IMG/VR virus record: IMGVR_UViG_3300033388_007730 | Location: 124,001 to 188,000 of that record | DNA: 64,000 bases | Reading direction: 5' to 3' (one strand) | Shown: positions 1 through 10,660 of the stretch, piece by piece | How positions within the stretch are numbered: the first letter of the stretch is position 1 | Layout: every line of letters starts with the position of its first letter | Notes under the pieces: model-generated | Databases searched by the model: none | The model's input: the letters and a program-made list of their open reading frames with translations, nothing else | Told to the model about the DNA's origin: nothing | Translations under genes and position numbers: made by a program

Positions 1-498
1 AAAGTAGATTTAACAAAAGTCTATTACCAATATAGACCTGGTGTCGATTATGATAGAATTCTTACTAACTCTCCTCACTTTGAATTAGCTCAACATTACT
101 ATAATAAGGGATTGAAATGGTTGAATGCAAATTTTAAAAATACAAAATATTTTATATTTCAAAAAGATATACTAAAAATCACTCCCTACGTTCCTGTGAA
201 GAAAATGAGGTTGTTTGACTCTTTAAAAAAGGGTTATTTAGGGAAGGGATATGAGAATGACCGTATAGTTATTTTAAATGATCCATTTATTTGTACTAGA
301 TATGCATTAAATTTGTCACTGCCTTCTCCAGAGGTTTTTATGGGGCATCATAGAGCAGGAGCGATGTTGGCTTTAGGGCAAAAAAATGTAGAAGTTATTG
401 TGGCTGTTGACGATATGATAGGAACTAAGAATTGTTATGGTAGACTCCATGATATTTATAGTTTGGAGAAGGTTCAAAAAATGAGGTATAACTTATGA
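1..498 (+). CDS. Hypothetical protein, 5'-truncated by the window edge
   Basis: Frame 1 is open from base 1 (KVDLTKVYYQYRPG...) into the listed 112..498 ORF; contains MGHHRAGAM, loosely ParB/Srx-like. Confidence 0.6.
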   Translation, partial: KVDLTKVYYQYRPGVDYDRILTNSPHFELAQHYYNKGLKWLNANFKNTKYFIFQKDILKITPYVPVKKMRLFDSLKKGYLGKGYENDRIVILNDPFICTRYALNLSLPSPEVFMGHHRAGAMLALGQKNVEVIVAVDDMIGTKNCYGRLHDIYSLEKVQKMRYNL

Positions 499-2504
499 GT
501 ATTTTGATTACAGGTATAACTGGTTTTGTGGGAAGTCATTTAGCAGATTATCTTTTGGAAGAAACAGATGATATCATTCATGGGTTAACAAGGTGGAGAT
601 CTCCAAAAGAAAATGTTTTACATCTTATAGATGATAGCTCAATTCGTTTTGAATATGGTGATTTAACAGATTTTTCATCTTTGTATAATATTATTAATCT
701 TAATCGTCCAAGAGTTATATTTCATTTAGCTGCTCAATCTTATGTTCCATATAGTTTTGATGTACCTGCTGCTACTCTTGATTCTAATGTAATAGGAACT
801 TGTAATCTACTGGAGGCTGTTAAACTTTTGAAAGACGATAAAGGATATGATCCTATTGTTCATATTTGTTCTTCATCAGAAGTTTACGGACAGGTTTCAG
901 AAGACAATGTTCCAATCACAGAAGATTGTCCTTTTGCTCCAGCTTCTCCATATGCTGTTTCTAAAGTTGGTGAGGATATGCTGGGGTTTCAGTATTGGAC
1001 ATCTTGGGGTGTAAAAACTATTAGGACTAGAATGTTTACTCATAGTGTAAGTAAATGGACTCCTGTTATTTTAAAAGATACATTAAGTGAATTGATAGAT
1101 ATAAAATATATTTCAGAAATAAGAAAAAAAGGGAAAGAAGGGGGATATTTTTCGGGAAAAATGTTAGAAGATAATACTCAAATATGGGATATGAATAGAT
1201 CTAATTTAGAAGTGTGGAATGATGAAAAATGGACAAAAATAAAACATATATCTTGTCACTCTATTAATAATTGTAAAATGTTAGAAATAATTAGTAGAGG
1301 TGGGGTTATCTGTGCTACAGATAATCATTCTATAATTGATGAAAAATCAAAAGAAATTTTAGCTTCAGATTTAAAATGTGGAGATAAGATAAAGATAACT
1401 TCTTTGCCAAATATTGAGATTACTGATATTTCAGAAGATTTAGCTTGGTTATATGGATTTTTTGTAGCTGAAGGGACAGTAACTGGAGGAAGATTAAAAA
1501 TTTCTAACAAGAATATTGATTTGTTAGAAAAATCAAAAGTTATTTTTTTAAAATATTTGGCAATTGATGGAACTATAGACCAGTATAAAGACATTTATAC
1601 TTTAAGATTAAGAAAGCCATTTTGTATAGCAAAAAGATTTTATGAAGATTGTTATGCAACTGACAAAAATAAAAAAATACCAAAAATTATTTTAAACGCT
1701 AATAAAAAATCAAAAATTTCTTTTTTACGGGGGTATAATTGTGGAGATGGAAACTTAAAAAATAATGTAAAAAGTGATTTTTATAGATTTAAAACAAAAT
1801 CTCCTATTTTAGCTATGGGATTATGTTATTTTATAGAAAGTGTTTTAAATGTAAAGTATAAAATTAATGTTGAACATAGAGATGATAAAAGATATTTTGA
1901 AATAAGATGTTTGTCTCAAAAAAATACAAAAAATGGGGAGTGGTTAAAAAAAGATAACAATGTTATTTTAAAAATAATGAAAATGGAATATGAAGATGAA
2001 GTTTGGGATTTTGAAACAGAGAATCATTGGTTCCATGCAGGTATAGGTGGGAATATTGTACATAATACTGGTCCACGTAGAGGTGATGTTTTTGTAGTAT
2101 CTGCTTTTGCTAAACAAATAGCAAAGATTGAAGTTGGATTGCAGAAGAACATTATTCACGTTGGCAATCTTGATAGTGTAAGAACTTTCGCTGATGTTAG
2201 AGATACTGTAAAAGCTTATTGGAAATTAGTTAATGAATGTGAGCCAGGAGAAGTTTATAATATTGGTGGAAATGTTACTATGACTATTGGAGAGATGCTA
2301 GATAAACTTATTGAAAAATCTACTATGGATAATATAGAGGTATTTGTAGATCCTAATCTGTTAAGACCCTCAGATGTCACACTTCAAATACCATGTACAG
2401 ATAAGTTTAAAAAAGCGACAGGTTGGGAACCAGGGATAGATTTTGACACAACATTAGAAGATACTCTTAATTTTTGGAGAGAATATTGGAGAAAAAATGG
2501 ATAA
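495..2504 (+). CDS. gmd: GDP-mannose 4,6-dehydratase-family SDR containing an intein
   Basis: TGITGFVGSHL Rossmann motif, HLAAQSYV, SSSEVYG, SPYAVSK (YxxxK), GNLDSVRTFADVRD, LLRPSDV. Confidence 0.9.
   Translation: MSILITGITGFVGSHLADYLLEETDDIIHGLTRWRSPKENVLHLIDDSSIRFEYGDLTDFSSLYNIINLNRPRVIFHLAAQSYVPYSFDVPAATLDSNVIGTCNLLEAVKLLKDDKGYDPIVHICSSSEVYGQVSEDNVPITEDCPFAPASPYAVSKVGEDMLGFQYWTSWGVKTIRTRMFTHSVSKWTPVILKDTLSELIDIKYISEIRKKGKEGGYFSGKMLEDNTQIWDMNRSNLEVWNDEKWTKIKHISCHSINNCKMLEIISRGGVICATDNHSIIDEKSKEILASDLKCGDKIKITSLPNIEITDISEDLAWLYGFFVAEGTVTGGRLKISNKNIDLLEKSKVIFLKYLAIDGTIDQYKDIYTLRLRKPFCIAKRFYEDCYATDKNKKIPKIILNANKKSKISFLRGYNCGDGNLKNNVKSDFYRFKTKSPILAMGLCYFIESVLNVKYKINVEHRDDKRYFEIRCLSQKNTKNGEWLKKDNNVILKIMKMEYEDEVWDFETENHWFHAGIGGNIVHNTGPRRGDVFVVSAFAKQIAKIEVGLQKNIIHVGNLDSVRTFADVRDTVKAYWKLVNECEPGEVYNIGGNVTMTIGEMLDKLIEKSTMDNIEVFVDPNLLRPSDVTLQIPCTDKFKKATGWEPGIDFDTTLEDTLNFWREYWRKNG
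1044..2066 (+). mobile_element. Intein (341 aa) with LAGLIDADG endonuclease in gmd
   Basis: Junctions MFTH|SVSKWTPV and NIVHN|TGPRRG; block B ATDNHS; LAWLYGFFVAEG and FLRGYNCGDG; removal restores RMFTHTGPRRG. Confidence 0.92.
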
Positions 2505-3453
2505 TTTTATAGATTTATATAAAAGAATGTATCTTATTAGAAAATCTGAAGATGTTATAATAGAATATTATTCTGAAGATGAAATGAAAACCCCTATGCA
2601 TATGTCTAAGGGATCAGAAGCTATATCGGTAGGAGTATGTTCTGCTATTAATGATGAAGATCAGGTATTTGGGACTTACAGATCTCATGCTTCATACCTG
2701 GCTAAGACAGGAGATTTGAATGGATTTTTTTCAGAAATGTATGGCAAGAAAACAGGAGCATGTGAAGGTAAATCTGGTTCTATGCACCTTTGTAATATAG
2801 ATAAAGGTTATGTATCTTCCTCTGCTATAGTCGCTAGTAATATACCAGTTGCTGTTGGCGCTGCCTTTGCTAATAAGATGAAAGGAAATGGTAAGAAGGT
2901 GGTTGTATTTTTTGGCGATGGTGCAATGGATGAAGGCATTTTTTGGGAGAGTATAAATATGGCTAGTTTGTGGTCTCTTCCAATATTGTTTGTATGTGAG
3001 GATAATAGATTAGCAGTTCATACTCATTCTAAATTTAGACAGGGTTATGAAAATATAATTGGTATTGTAGAAAATTTTAATATAATTACTGGATACAGTT
3101 TAGCAGTAGATGTGGAAGATGTTTATGATACAACAAAAACCGTTATAAGATGTATGGGAATATTTAGCGAACCAGGATTTATACAATTAGAATATTATAG
3201 ATATTTGGAACATGTCGGTATTGATTGCGATGAATATGAGGAATATAGAGAAAATGAAACTTGGAATACTAATGATGAAATAAATGATCCCGTTGTAGTA
3301 TTGAGAAAAAAATTAAAACATATTGATGTTGATGTAGAGGGTATAGAAATGGAAATAGCAAAAGATGTTTATACTGCTTTAGAGTGTGCTAAAGTTAGTA
3401 AATTTGCTCCAAATTGTGATTTATATAAGGATGTTTATTATGAGCAAAATTAA
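2497..3453 (+). CDS. TPP-dependent dehydrogenase E1 alpha-like subunit
   Basis: TYRSHA, GKSGSMH, FFGDGAMDEG TPP motif, CEDN, YRYLEHVG. Confidence 0.9.
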   Translation: MDNFIDLYKRMYLIRKSEDVIIEYYSEDEMKTPMHMSKGSEAISVGVCSAINDEDQVFGTYRSHASYLAKTGDLNGFFSEMYGKKTGACEGKSGSMHLCNIDKGYVSSSAIVASNIPVAVGAAFANKMKGNGKKVVVFFGDGAMDEGIFWESINMASLWSLPILFVCEDNRLAVHTHSKFRQGYENIIGIVENFNIITGYSLAVDVEDVYDTTKTVIRCMGIFSEPGFIQLEYYRYLEHVGIDCDEYEEYRENETWNTNDEINDPVVVLRKKLKHIDVDVEGIEMEIAKDVYTALECAKVSKFAPNCDLYKDVYYEQN

Positions 3454-4486
3454 TATGACATATGAAAGAGCTATTAATGAAGCTTTGTATCAAGAGATGG
3501 AAAGAGATGAAAACGTTTTCATATATGGGATAGGAGTTCCTGATCATAAAAAGATTTTTGGTACAACAAATAGACTGCTAGAAAAGTTTGGAAAAGATAG
3601 ATGTATAGATACGCCGTTAGCAGAAGATGGATTAACTGGATTTGCTCTAGGTGCAGCTGTTAATGGTATGAGACCAATACTAACACATATACGTGTTGAT
3701 TTTGCTCTACTATCGATTAATCAATTGTTTAATAACATTGCGGCTTATAGATATATGTCAGGAGGTCAATTAGAAGCTCCTATAGTTATTAGAATGATAA
3801 TTGGGAGAGGATGGGGGCAGGGTGCTCAACATAGTAAATCACTTCAATCTATATTTGCGCATATTCCTGGATTAAAGGTTGTTATGCCTACTACTCCAAA
3901 TGATGCTAAGGGAATGATGGCAGCAGCTATACGAGACAATAATCCAGTTATTGTATTAGAACATAGATGGCTGTATTGGCAAGAGGGAGAAGTAGAAGAA
4001 GAACCATTTATTATTCCTTTAGATAAGGCTAATAAATTAAGAGATGGAAATGATATAACTATTGTATCTACTTCATGGATGAATGTTGAGGCTATCAAGG
4101 CAGCTGATATTCTTGAGAAGAATGGCATAAGTGTAGAAATAATAGATCCACGTTGTATATCATCTATTGATATAGATCTTATTGTAGAGTCTGTTTTAAA
4201 AACAAAAAAATGTATAGTAGCTGATAATGATTGGATTTATTGTGGTTTTAGTGCTGAGTTATCGACACAGATATATGAGTGGTGCTTAGGAGATATTAAA
4301 ATCCCTATAAGGAGAATTGGATTTGCTCATACACCGTGTCCAACAGTTAGACATTTAGAAAATGAATTTTATTCTAATACTATAAATATTATAAAAGAAG
4401 TAGAGGGATTAATGGGAATAGATGAAATTGATCTTTCTGGGGAGGAATTTTATAGTCATGAGAATAAATTTAAAGGTCCATTTTGA
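3440..4486 (+). CDS. TPP-dependent dehydrogenase E1 beta-like subunit
   Basis: DTPLAEDG, GAQHSKSL, HIPGLKVVMP, NPVIVLEHR; start moved to ATG 3440, overlapping the alpha stop. Confidence 0.9.
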   Translation: MSKINMTYERAINEALYQEMERDENVFIYGIGVPDHKKIFGTTNRLLEKFGKDRCIDTPLAEDGLTGFALGAAVNGMRPILTHIRVDFALLSINQLFNNIAAYRYMSGGQLEAPIVIRMIIGRGWGQGAQHSKSLQSIFAHIPGLKVVMPTTPNDAKGMMAAAIRDNNPVIVLEHRWLYWQEGEVEEEPFIIPLDKANKLRDGNDITIVSTSWMNVEAIKAADILEKNGISVEIIDPRCISSIDIDLIVESVLKTKKCIVADNDWIYCGFSAELSTQIYEWCLGDIKIPIRRIGFAHTPCPTVRHLENEFYSNTINIIKEVEGLMGIDEIDLSGEEFYSHENKFKGPF

Positions 4487-4495
4487 GGAGATCGT

Positions 4496-5197
4496 ATGTG
4501 TTGGTTAGACAAAAAATCATTAGAGCAGATGTTGAAATTAAAAGATGAATATAATATCTCTACATTTATAGAAACGGGGGTATTTAGAGGAGTTAATATT
4601 AGGTATCATTCTTTTCACTGGGAGAAGGTTATGTCGTGTGATATATTAGATGAGTACATATCTATAGCTAAAGATTATAATAAGGATAGGGATAATGTAT
4701 CCATAGAGAAAATGTCAAGTCCTAATTTTTTGAGAAAGTTCATTAAAAAATATAATGAGCAAGGAAGAGATGATTATGTATTTTTATTCTTGGATGCTCA
4801 TTTCTATGATCCTGCTCTTTCTCCAGAAGAGAAGTGGGTAGTAGTAAATGAGATTAAAGCTCTTGAGGGATTTAATAAGGCTATTATTTGTTTGCATGAT
4901 TTTGATTGCAGCGGTTTAGGTCATTGTTGTTATGACGATCAGCCTTTGGGATTCCCCCTTGTGCTGGCAGATCTTTCAAAAGTTAATCCAAATTTTTACT
5001 ATTATGTCAACAATAAAGAAAATTGCGAGATACACGATGAGAAAAGTATATATGATGTTCCAGAGCTAATCGTAAATGAAGAAGTTCTAGATAATATTAG
5101 ATATGCTAACAGCTGTGATAGACTAAGATATAGAGGTATGTTGTATTGTACTCCAACTCCTATTGATTTAGACAAGTTTGATATTAGGAGATCATAA
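4496..5197 (+). CDS. Putative class I SAM-methyltransferase-like protein
   Basis: FIETGVFRG, FLFLDAH, ICLHDF resemble motifs I, IV and VI; lies in the sugar cluster. Confidence 0.5.
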   Translation: MCWLDKKSLEQMLKLKDEYNISTFIETGVFRGVNIRYHSFHWEKVMSCDILDEYISIAKDYNKDRDNVSIEKMSSPNFLRKFIKKYNEQGRDDYVFLFLDAHFYDPALSPEEKWVVVNEIKALEGFNKAIICLHDFDCSGLGHCCYDDQPLGFPLVLADLSKVNPNFYYYVNNKENCEIHDEKSIYDVPELIVNEEVLDNIRYANSCDRLRYRGMLYCTPTPIDLDKFDIRRS

Positions 5198-5198
5198 T

Positions 5199-5822
5199 GT
5201 GGAATTAGAACTGAGTAACAAGAGAGTTCTTGTAACTGGTGGTAGCAAAGGTATCGGCAAAGCAATTGTATCAGGATTAAAAGATGAAGGTTGTGCTGTA
5301 GATATTTGCTCCAGGACGGAAGGAATTATATTAGATGTCCTTGACAGAGACTACAAAAAGATTGATGGCAAATATGATATTTTAATAAATAATGTTGGAG
5401 GTGGCGGTAGATGGGGGGGCGATAATTATGAAGAATTTGATGAATGGGATGATATCTATGAGAAAAATGCAGGAGCAGCTAGAAAATTAACAATGAAATG
5501 TCTCCCGTATATGAAAGAAAAGTGGTGGGGAAGAGTTGTCACAATCTCTTCAATTTTTGGCAAAGAAGCAGGAGGCAGACCGTGGTTTAATATGGCGAAA
5601 GCAGCAGAAATAAGTTTAATGAAAAATCTAGCTGGAAAATATGAAGGTATTACTTTTAATACAGTTGCTCCAGGATATATAGATATTGGAGCTAAAGGAT
5701 TTATAGGATCTGGCAAACCAGATGATGTTGCTAATATAGTGGTTTTTTTATGCTCTGACAAGGCTAAGCATATAAATGGTGCGTGTATTACGGTAGATGG
5801 TGGCGAAAGTAGAAGTTTTTAA
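5199..5822 (+). CDS. Short-chain dehydrogenase/reductase
   Basis: VTGGSKGIG, NNVGG, FNMAK (Phe in place of the catalytic Tyr), VAPG, ITVDGG; GTG start after AGGAG. Confidence 0.85.
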   Translation: MELELSNKRVLVTGGSKGIGKAIVSGLKDEGCAVDICSRTEGIILDVLDRDYKKIDGKYDILINNVGGGGRWGGDNYEEFDEWDDIYEKNAGAARKLTMKCLPYMKEKWWGRVVTISSIFGKEAGGRPWFNMAKAAEISLMKNLAGKYEGITFNTVAPGYIDIGAKGFIGSGKPDDVANIVVFLCSDKAKHINGACITVDGGESRSF

Positions 5823-5836
5823 TTAAGGAACAAAAT

Positions 5837-6826
5837 ATGTTATCAAAAGAGTTTTTGAAAAATTTTGAAGGAAAAAAGTGCTTGGTAACTGGTGGAACTG
5901 GTCTTATAGGAAGACAAGTTGTTGAAATGCTTTGTGATGCAGGAGCAAGAGTCACAATTATATCTTTGGATAAGGGTATAGAAGTAGATGAAAGAGCGAT
6001 ATATTTATATGCGGATCTAACTGATTTCGATTCTTGTAAAAAGATGACGATTGATAAGGAATATGTTTTCCATATTGCGGGAATAAAAGGATCAGTGAAA
6101 GTAACTAAAGAGAAACCAGCAAGTTTCTTTGTACCTCTTCTTATGATGAATACCAATATATTAGAAGCTTGTCGCCTGAATAACGTAGAGAAGGTTGTCT
6201 ATACAAGTTCTGTTGGGGCATACTCAAGTGCAGAAGTGTTTAAGGAAGACGAGAACTTAACAGGTGAACCTATGGATATGTTCCCTGGTTGGGCTAAGAG
6301 GATGGCTGAGAAGCAAATAGAAGCATATGCTATTCAATATGGCATGAAGAATATTGCAATCGTAAGACCTGCTAATATTTATGGACCTGGGGATAACTTC
6401 GATCCTGAAAATGCTATGGTTATTCCTACTTTGATGCATAGGATATATAATAATGAAGACCCTGTTGTGATATGGGGAGATGGTTCTGCTATTAGGGACT
6501 TTGCATATAGTAGAGATGTGGCTGAGGGCATCGTACAGGCTCTGTATTATGGCACAGATGGCAAGTTTGTTAATCTTGGTAGTGGAACAGGTGTTTCTAT
6601 TAAAGAGCTTGTAGAAGCTCTGAGCAGTTTTCTCAATTTTAATTATGAGTTTGACACTACGAAACCACCTGGTTTTCCAAGAAGAGTAATGGATATTTCT
6701 CTTGCTAAAGAGATGATATGTTATGAACCTTCTACGTCTTTGGAGGATGGATTGAGGAAAACCTGGGAATGGTTTGTTGAAAATGTCGAAGAATATAAGA
6801 GTAGAAAAAATTATTTTACGGAATAA
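5837..6826 (+). CDS. NAD-dependent epimerase/reductase (GDP-L-fucose synthase-like)
   Basis: TGGTGLIG, GWAKR, RPANIYGPGDNF, WGDGSAIRDF. Confidence 0.85.
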   Translation: MLSKEFLKNFEGKKCLVTGGTGLIGRQVVEMLCDAGARVTIISLDKGIEVDERAIYLYADLTDFDSCKKMTIDKEYVFHIAGIKGSVKVTKEKPASFFVPLLMMNTNILEACRLNNVEKVVYTSSVGAYSSAEVFKEDENLTGEPMDMFPGWAKRMAEKQIEAYAIQYGMKNIAIVRPANIYGPGDNFDPENAMVIPTLMHRIYNNEDPVVIWGDGSAIRDFAYSRDVAEGIVQALYYGTDGKFVNLGSGTGVSIKELVEALSSFLNFNYEFDTTKPPGFPRRVMDISLAKEMICYEPSTSLEDGLRKTWEWFVENVEEYKSRKNYFTE

Positions 6827-6828
6827 TT

Positions 6829-8199
6829 ATGGATGTATTGTTTGTAATTCATAAAATAGAGTATGGTGATCTAATAGCTTTAAGTTATTTGTCATCTATA
6901 GCTAAAGTGAGGGGATTTAAAACACATTTATGTATTTTAAATACAAATAACATATTCGAAATGATGGATACAATATCTCCTTGTGTTGTGGCTTATTCTG
7001 CTAATATAGAGAATTTTGCTATTTTAGTTGATGCTAACAAAAGCATTAAAGATAAGTATGATTTTACATCTATAATGGGTGGTCCTCAACCAACTTTTAA
7101 ACCAGATTTATTTCAAGAAAGCTCTGTTGATGTATTTTGTGTAGGTGAAGGAGAGTTGGTTTTTGGTGATTTTCTAGACGCTTTGAAAAATAATTTGCCA
7201 TTTGATAATATAGACAATTTAATTACTAAAAATGGAGCTAATCCCGTCAGGCATTTGATTAAAAATTTGGATGATTTGCCTTTTCCTGATAGAGATCTGA
7301 CTTTGAGTAACTCTTATTTGAAGGAAGTTTCAAAAAAGTCATTCTATACTACCAGAGGATGTCCATTTACATGCTCTTATTGTTGCAATAGTTATTATAA
7401 AAAATTATATAAGGGTAAGGGTAAAGCAATAAGAAGATTTTCTGTTGATAGAATTATAAGTGAAATGAAATTTGTTAAAGATAGATATAGAATGGATTTT
7501 ATAAAAATTGGCGATGATTTATTTACTTCAAAGGCAGACGATTGGCTTAAAGAATTTGCAGAAAGGTATTCTAGAGAGATAAACTTACCTTTTAATTGTT
7601 ATTTAAGATTAGATATGATAGATGATGATTTGCTAATTTTATTGAAGAAGGCAGGATGTTATTCTGTTCATCTTTCTGTAGACAGTGTTTCCAAAAAAGT
7701 AAGAGAAGAAGTTTTCAATAGGAAGTGGAGAGAAGTTAATATAGAAGAAAATTTGAAGATGATTCATAGTTATGGGATTAATACTTGGGTTAATTTTATG
7801 CTGTCTGCTCCGGAGTCTACTTTAAATGATGATTTAGAATCTATTAGATTGAGTAGGAGGACAGGAATAACATATACTGCTTATAGCACAACTATTCCAA
7901 TACAAAATACTAAATTATTTGATTACTGCGTTGATACAGGATGTATTGATGAAAAATATAATGGTGAGATAGGAGATAGTTGGGGGGTCTCGCCTTTAAA
8001 TTGTTTTTCAGAAAAAGAAAAAGATATAAGATACAATATTTTTTGTTTGGGTGCTATTGCTGCCAAGATGCCCATACCTATTTATAAATTTTTATTATTT
8101 ATTATAAAACACTTTCCGTCAAATCGTTTGTTCAAAAAAATTCATGATAGATATCTAAAATATTCGATAAAAAATAATATATTTAAAATAGAGAGATAG
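6829..8199 (+). CDS. B12-binding radical SAM protein
   Basis: GGPQPT and GEGE cobalamin-domain motifs, LPFPDR, RGCPFTCSYC (CxxxCxxC). Confidence 0.9.
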   Translation: MDVLFVIHKIEYGDLIALSYLSSIAKVRGFKTHLCILNTNNIFEMMDTISPCVVAYSANIENFAILVDANKSIKDKYDFTSIMGGPQPTFKPDLFQESSVDVFCVGEGELVFGDFLDALKNNLPFDNIDNLITKNGANPVRHLIKNLDDLPFPDRDLTLSNSYLKEVSKKSFYTTRGCPFTCSYCCNSYYKKLYKGKGKAIRRFSVDRIISEMKFVKDRYRMDFIKIGDDLFTSKADDWLKEFAERYSREINLPFNCYLRLDMIDDDLLILLKKAGCYSVHLSVDSVSKKVREEVFNRKWREVNIEENLKMIHSYGINTWVNFMLSAPESTLNDDLESIRLSRRTGITYTAYSTTIPIQNTKLFDYCVDTGCIDEKYNGEIGDSWGVSPLNCFSEKEKDIRYNIFCLGAIAAKMPIPIYKFLLFIIKHFPSNRLFKKIHDRYLKYSIKNNIFKIER

Positions 8200-8203
8200 A
8201 AAA

Positions 8204-8737
8204 ATGCAGGTAGAAACAACAAAGTTGAAAAATGTTCTTTTATTCATCCACGAATGTTATGAAGATCACAGGGGAACTTACGAAGAGATTTATAACCAAG
8301 AAAAATTTGACAAAATATGTGAAGAGTATATTGGTCATATAATTGAATTTAAAGAAGATAATATAGCAGTATCCTCTAAACATGTGCTTAGAGGGTTGCA
8401 TGGAGACAATAGGACTTGGAAATATGTTACTTGTTTGAAAGGTAAATATTTTATTAATGTGTTGTGTTATGATTATGACTCTGAATTTTTTGGACAATAC
8501 CAGAGTTTTGTTTTAAGTGAACAGAATAAAAGTCAACTTCTTATTCCTCCTTTTCATGGTCATGGATATGTTGTTATGAGTGATGAGGCAATTTTCCATT
8601 ACAAACAATCTTGTATATATAAAGGTATGAAAGAGCAATTCACAATAAAGTATAATGATGATAGGTTTAACATGTGGTGGCCTATAAAAAATCCTATTTT
8701 ATCAAAAAGAGACGAGACAGGGATGCTAATAGTATAA
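8204..8737 (+). CDS. rmlC: dTDP-4-dehydrorhamnose 3,5-epimerase-family cupin
   Basis: DHRG, VLRGLH, IPPFHGHG, WPIKNPILSKRD. Confidence 0.88.
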   Translation: MQVETTKLKNVLLFIHECYEDHRGTYEEIYNQEKFDKICEEYIGHIIEFKEDNIAVSSKHVLRGLHGDNRTWKYVTCLKGKYFINVLCYDYDSEFFGQYQSFVLSEQNKSQLLIPPFHGHGYVVMSDEAIFHYKQSCIYKGMKEQFTIKYNDDRFNMWWPIKNPILSKRDETGMLIV

Positions 8738-8765
8738 AAGATATTTTTTAATAAGGAGTTATTTT

Positions 8766-9689
8766 ATGAGTTTGTTAAATTTTACAGTTTTCCATGTTGG
8801 GGGCAGGGGGGGGATAGGTGAAGCTAATAGGGTTTTACAGCTTTCCAGAAATAAAAAAAATAAATTTAAGTTGTATGTTTTTGAAGCCGATCTTAATGAC
8901 GAATCATCAGATGAAGAAAATAAAAAATTTATAAGGAAGGTGAAAAAAAGGAATGATGTTGATGCGGAAGTTTTAGAGTATTGTATACATGATCATAATG
9001 GAGAGGAAGATTTCTATATTAATGTAGATCCAAGATCAAGTAGTCTATTTAAGATGTCTCCTGGTATAGTCAATTATAGTTTTCCTAAAATGGGAGAGCC
9101 TATGTGGAAAAATCATGGTGCGGTTGATGAGATTAAAAAAGTTAAAGTAAGTACTTTTGATTCTATTCGAGAGAATGGTCTAGATGTCGTTCCAGATCTT
9201 CTAAGTATGGACGCTCAAGGATCGGAACTATCTATTATGAAAGGTAGTAGTCATATATTTGATAATGATTGCTTGGCGGTTTGCACTGAGGTAGAGTTTA
9301 GGGAGATTTATAAAAAACAACCATTATTTTCTGATCAAGATTCTTTTTTAAGAAAAAATGGTTTTATATTTGCTAATTTCCATACTGTTCAGGAGTGGTT
9401 CCCTTCAAAGTTGATGATAGGAAAGCCCTTTTACACAGTCGGAGAGGTAACGTTTTTGAAAGATTATGTATATCTAATGGATAAATATAAAAATGATTTA
9501 GAAACGTTGATACCATTAATGTTTAAATTGGCAGTAATATCGAAAGCTTTATTTTACACTTCTTATACTTTTATTGTATTAGATTCTTTGTATGAGATGA
9601 ATACGAAGGCATATAAATTGTTTGTTAAAAATAGTTCTGATAAAATAGTAATTGATGTAGATAAATTTTATAAGGAGAATTTAAAATAA
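8766..9689 (+). CDS. FkbM-family methyltransferase
   Basis: HVGGRGG, FEAD, MDAQGSEL, EVEFREIYKKQPLFSDQD. Confidence 0.8.
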   Translation: MSLLNFTVFHVGGRGGIGEANRVLQLSRNKKNKFKLYVFEADLNDESSDEENKKFIRKVKKRNDVDAEVLEYCIHDHNGEEDFYINVDPRSSSLFKMSPGIVNYSFPKMGEPMWKNHGAVDEIKKVKVSTFDSIRENGLDVVPDLLSMDAQGSELSIMKGSSHIFDNDCLAVCTEVEFREIYKKQPLFSDQDSFLRKNGFIFANFHTVQEWFPSKLMIGKPFYTVGEVTFLKDYVYLMDKYKNDLETLIPLMFKLAVISKALFYTSYTFIVLDSLYEMNTKAYKLFVKNSSDKIVIDVDKFYKENLK

Positions 9690-10660
9690 TGAGTTTTTAT
9701 AAAGATAAAAATGTTTTAGTTACAGGAGCAGCAGGTTTTACTGGAACTAACTTAATTAAAAGATTATTAGAAGAAGGTGCAAATGTTAGAGGAGTATTAC
9801 ACAGAAAAAGTCCACGAGTTGATTTTGATTATGATAGGATAAATTATATATGGGCAGATCTAACACATAAAGATGCTTGTGCAGAAGTTGTAAAAGATAT
9901 TGATTATGTTTTTATGTGTGCTGCTAATACCTCCGGTGCTGCTGTGATGGAAAAAACACCTTTAACTCATGTAACTCCCAATGTAATAATGAATTCTCTT
10001 ATGCTTGAAGCTGCTAATAAGGCTGGAGTAAAGAAATTTTTATTCATGAGTAGCACAACAGTTTATCCAATTTCTGAAGAGTCTTTAAAAGAGGATGATG
10101 TTAATGATGAATTTTTTGAGAAGTATTATTGTGTTGGATGGATGAAAAGATTCTCTGAAGTCATGTGTGAGATGTATTCAACGAAGATTAAAGAACCTAT
10201 GACGACAATTGTTGTAAGACCAGGTAATCTTTATGGTGATTTTGATGATTATGAGTGGGACACTTCTCATTCTACAGCGGCGTTAATAAGAAGAGTAGTA
10301 GAGAGGCATGATCCATTAGTTGTATGGGGAGATGGAAGTGATTTAAAGGATATCACATATATATCTGATTTAATTGATGGTATGATGTCTGCCATGGAAA
10401 AAATTGATAACTTTGAAATTATTAATATAGCTAGCGGAAAGTCGTATAGTATTAAAGAAACTTTAAATATGATTTTAGAAATTGATGGATATATAGATGC
10501 AAAAGTTGAATATGATTTAACTAAACCAACTATGATCTCAAAAAGATTGATAGATATAAGTAAAGCACAAAAATTATTAAATTTTGAACCTAAGCACGAT
10601 CTTAGGTTAGGAATAGAAAAAACTATTAAATATTATAAGGAGAAAGATAATAATGGTTAA
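9689..10660 (+). CDS. NAD-dependent epimerase/reductase (GDP-L-fucose synthase-like), second copy
   Basis: TGAAGFTG, GWMKR, RPGNLYG, WGDGSD. Confidence 0.85.
   Translation: MSFYKDKNVLVTGAAGFTGTNLIKRLLEEGANVRGVLHRKSPRVDFDYDRINYIWADLTHKDACAEVVKDIDYVFMCAANTSGAAVMEKTPLTHVTPNVIMNSLMLEAANKAGVKKFLFMSSTTVYPISEESLKEDDVNDEFFEKYYCVGWMKRFSEVMCEMYSTKIKEPMTTIVVRPGNLYGDFDDYEWDTSHSTAALIRRVVERHDPLVVWGDGSDLKDITYISDLIDGMMSAMEKIDNFEIINIASGKSYSIKETLNMILEIDGYIDAKVEYDLTKPTMISKRLIDISKAQKLLNFEPKHDLRLGIEKTIKYYKEKDNNG

Noticed and set aside
2497-4486. Pyruvate dehydrogenase as a central-metabolism gene
   Set aside because: No E2 or E3 in the window, and the pair is embedded in a sugar cluster
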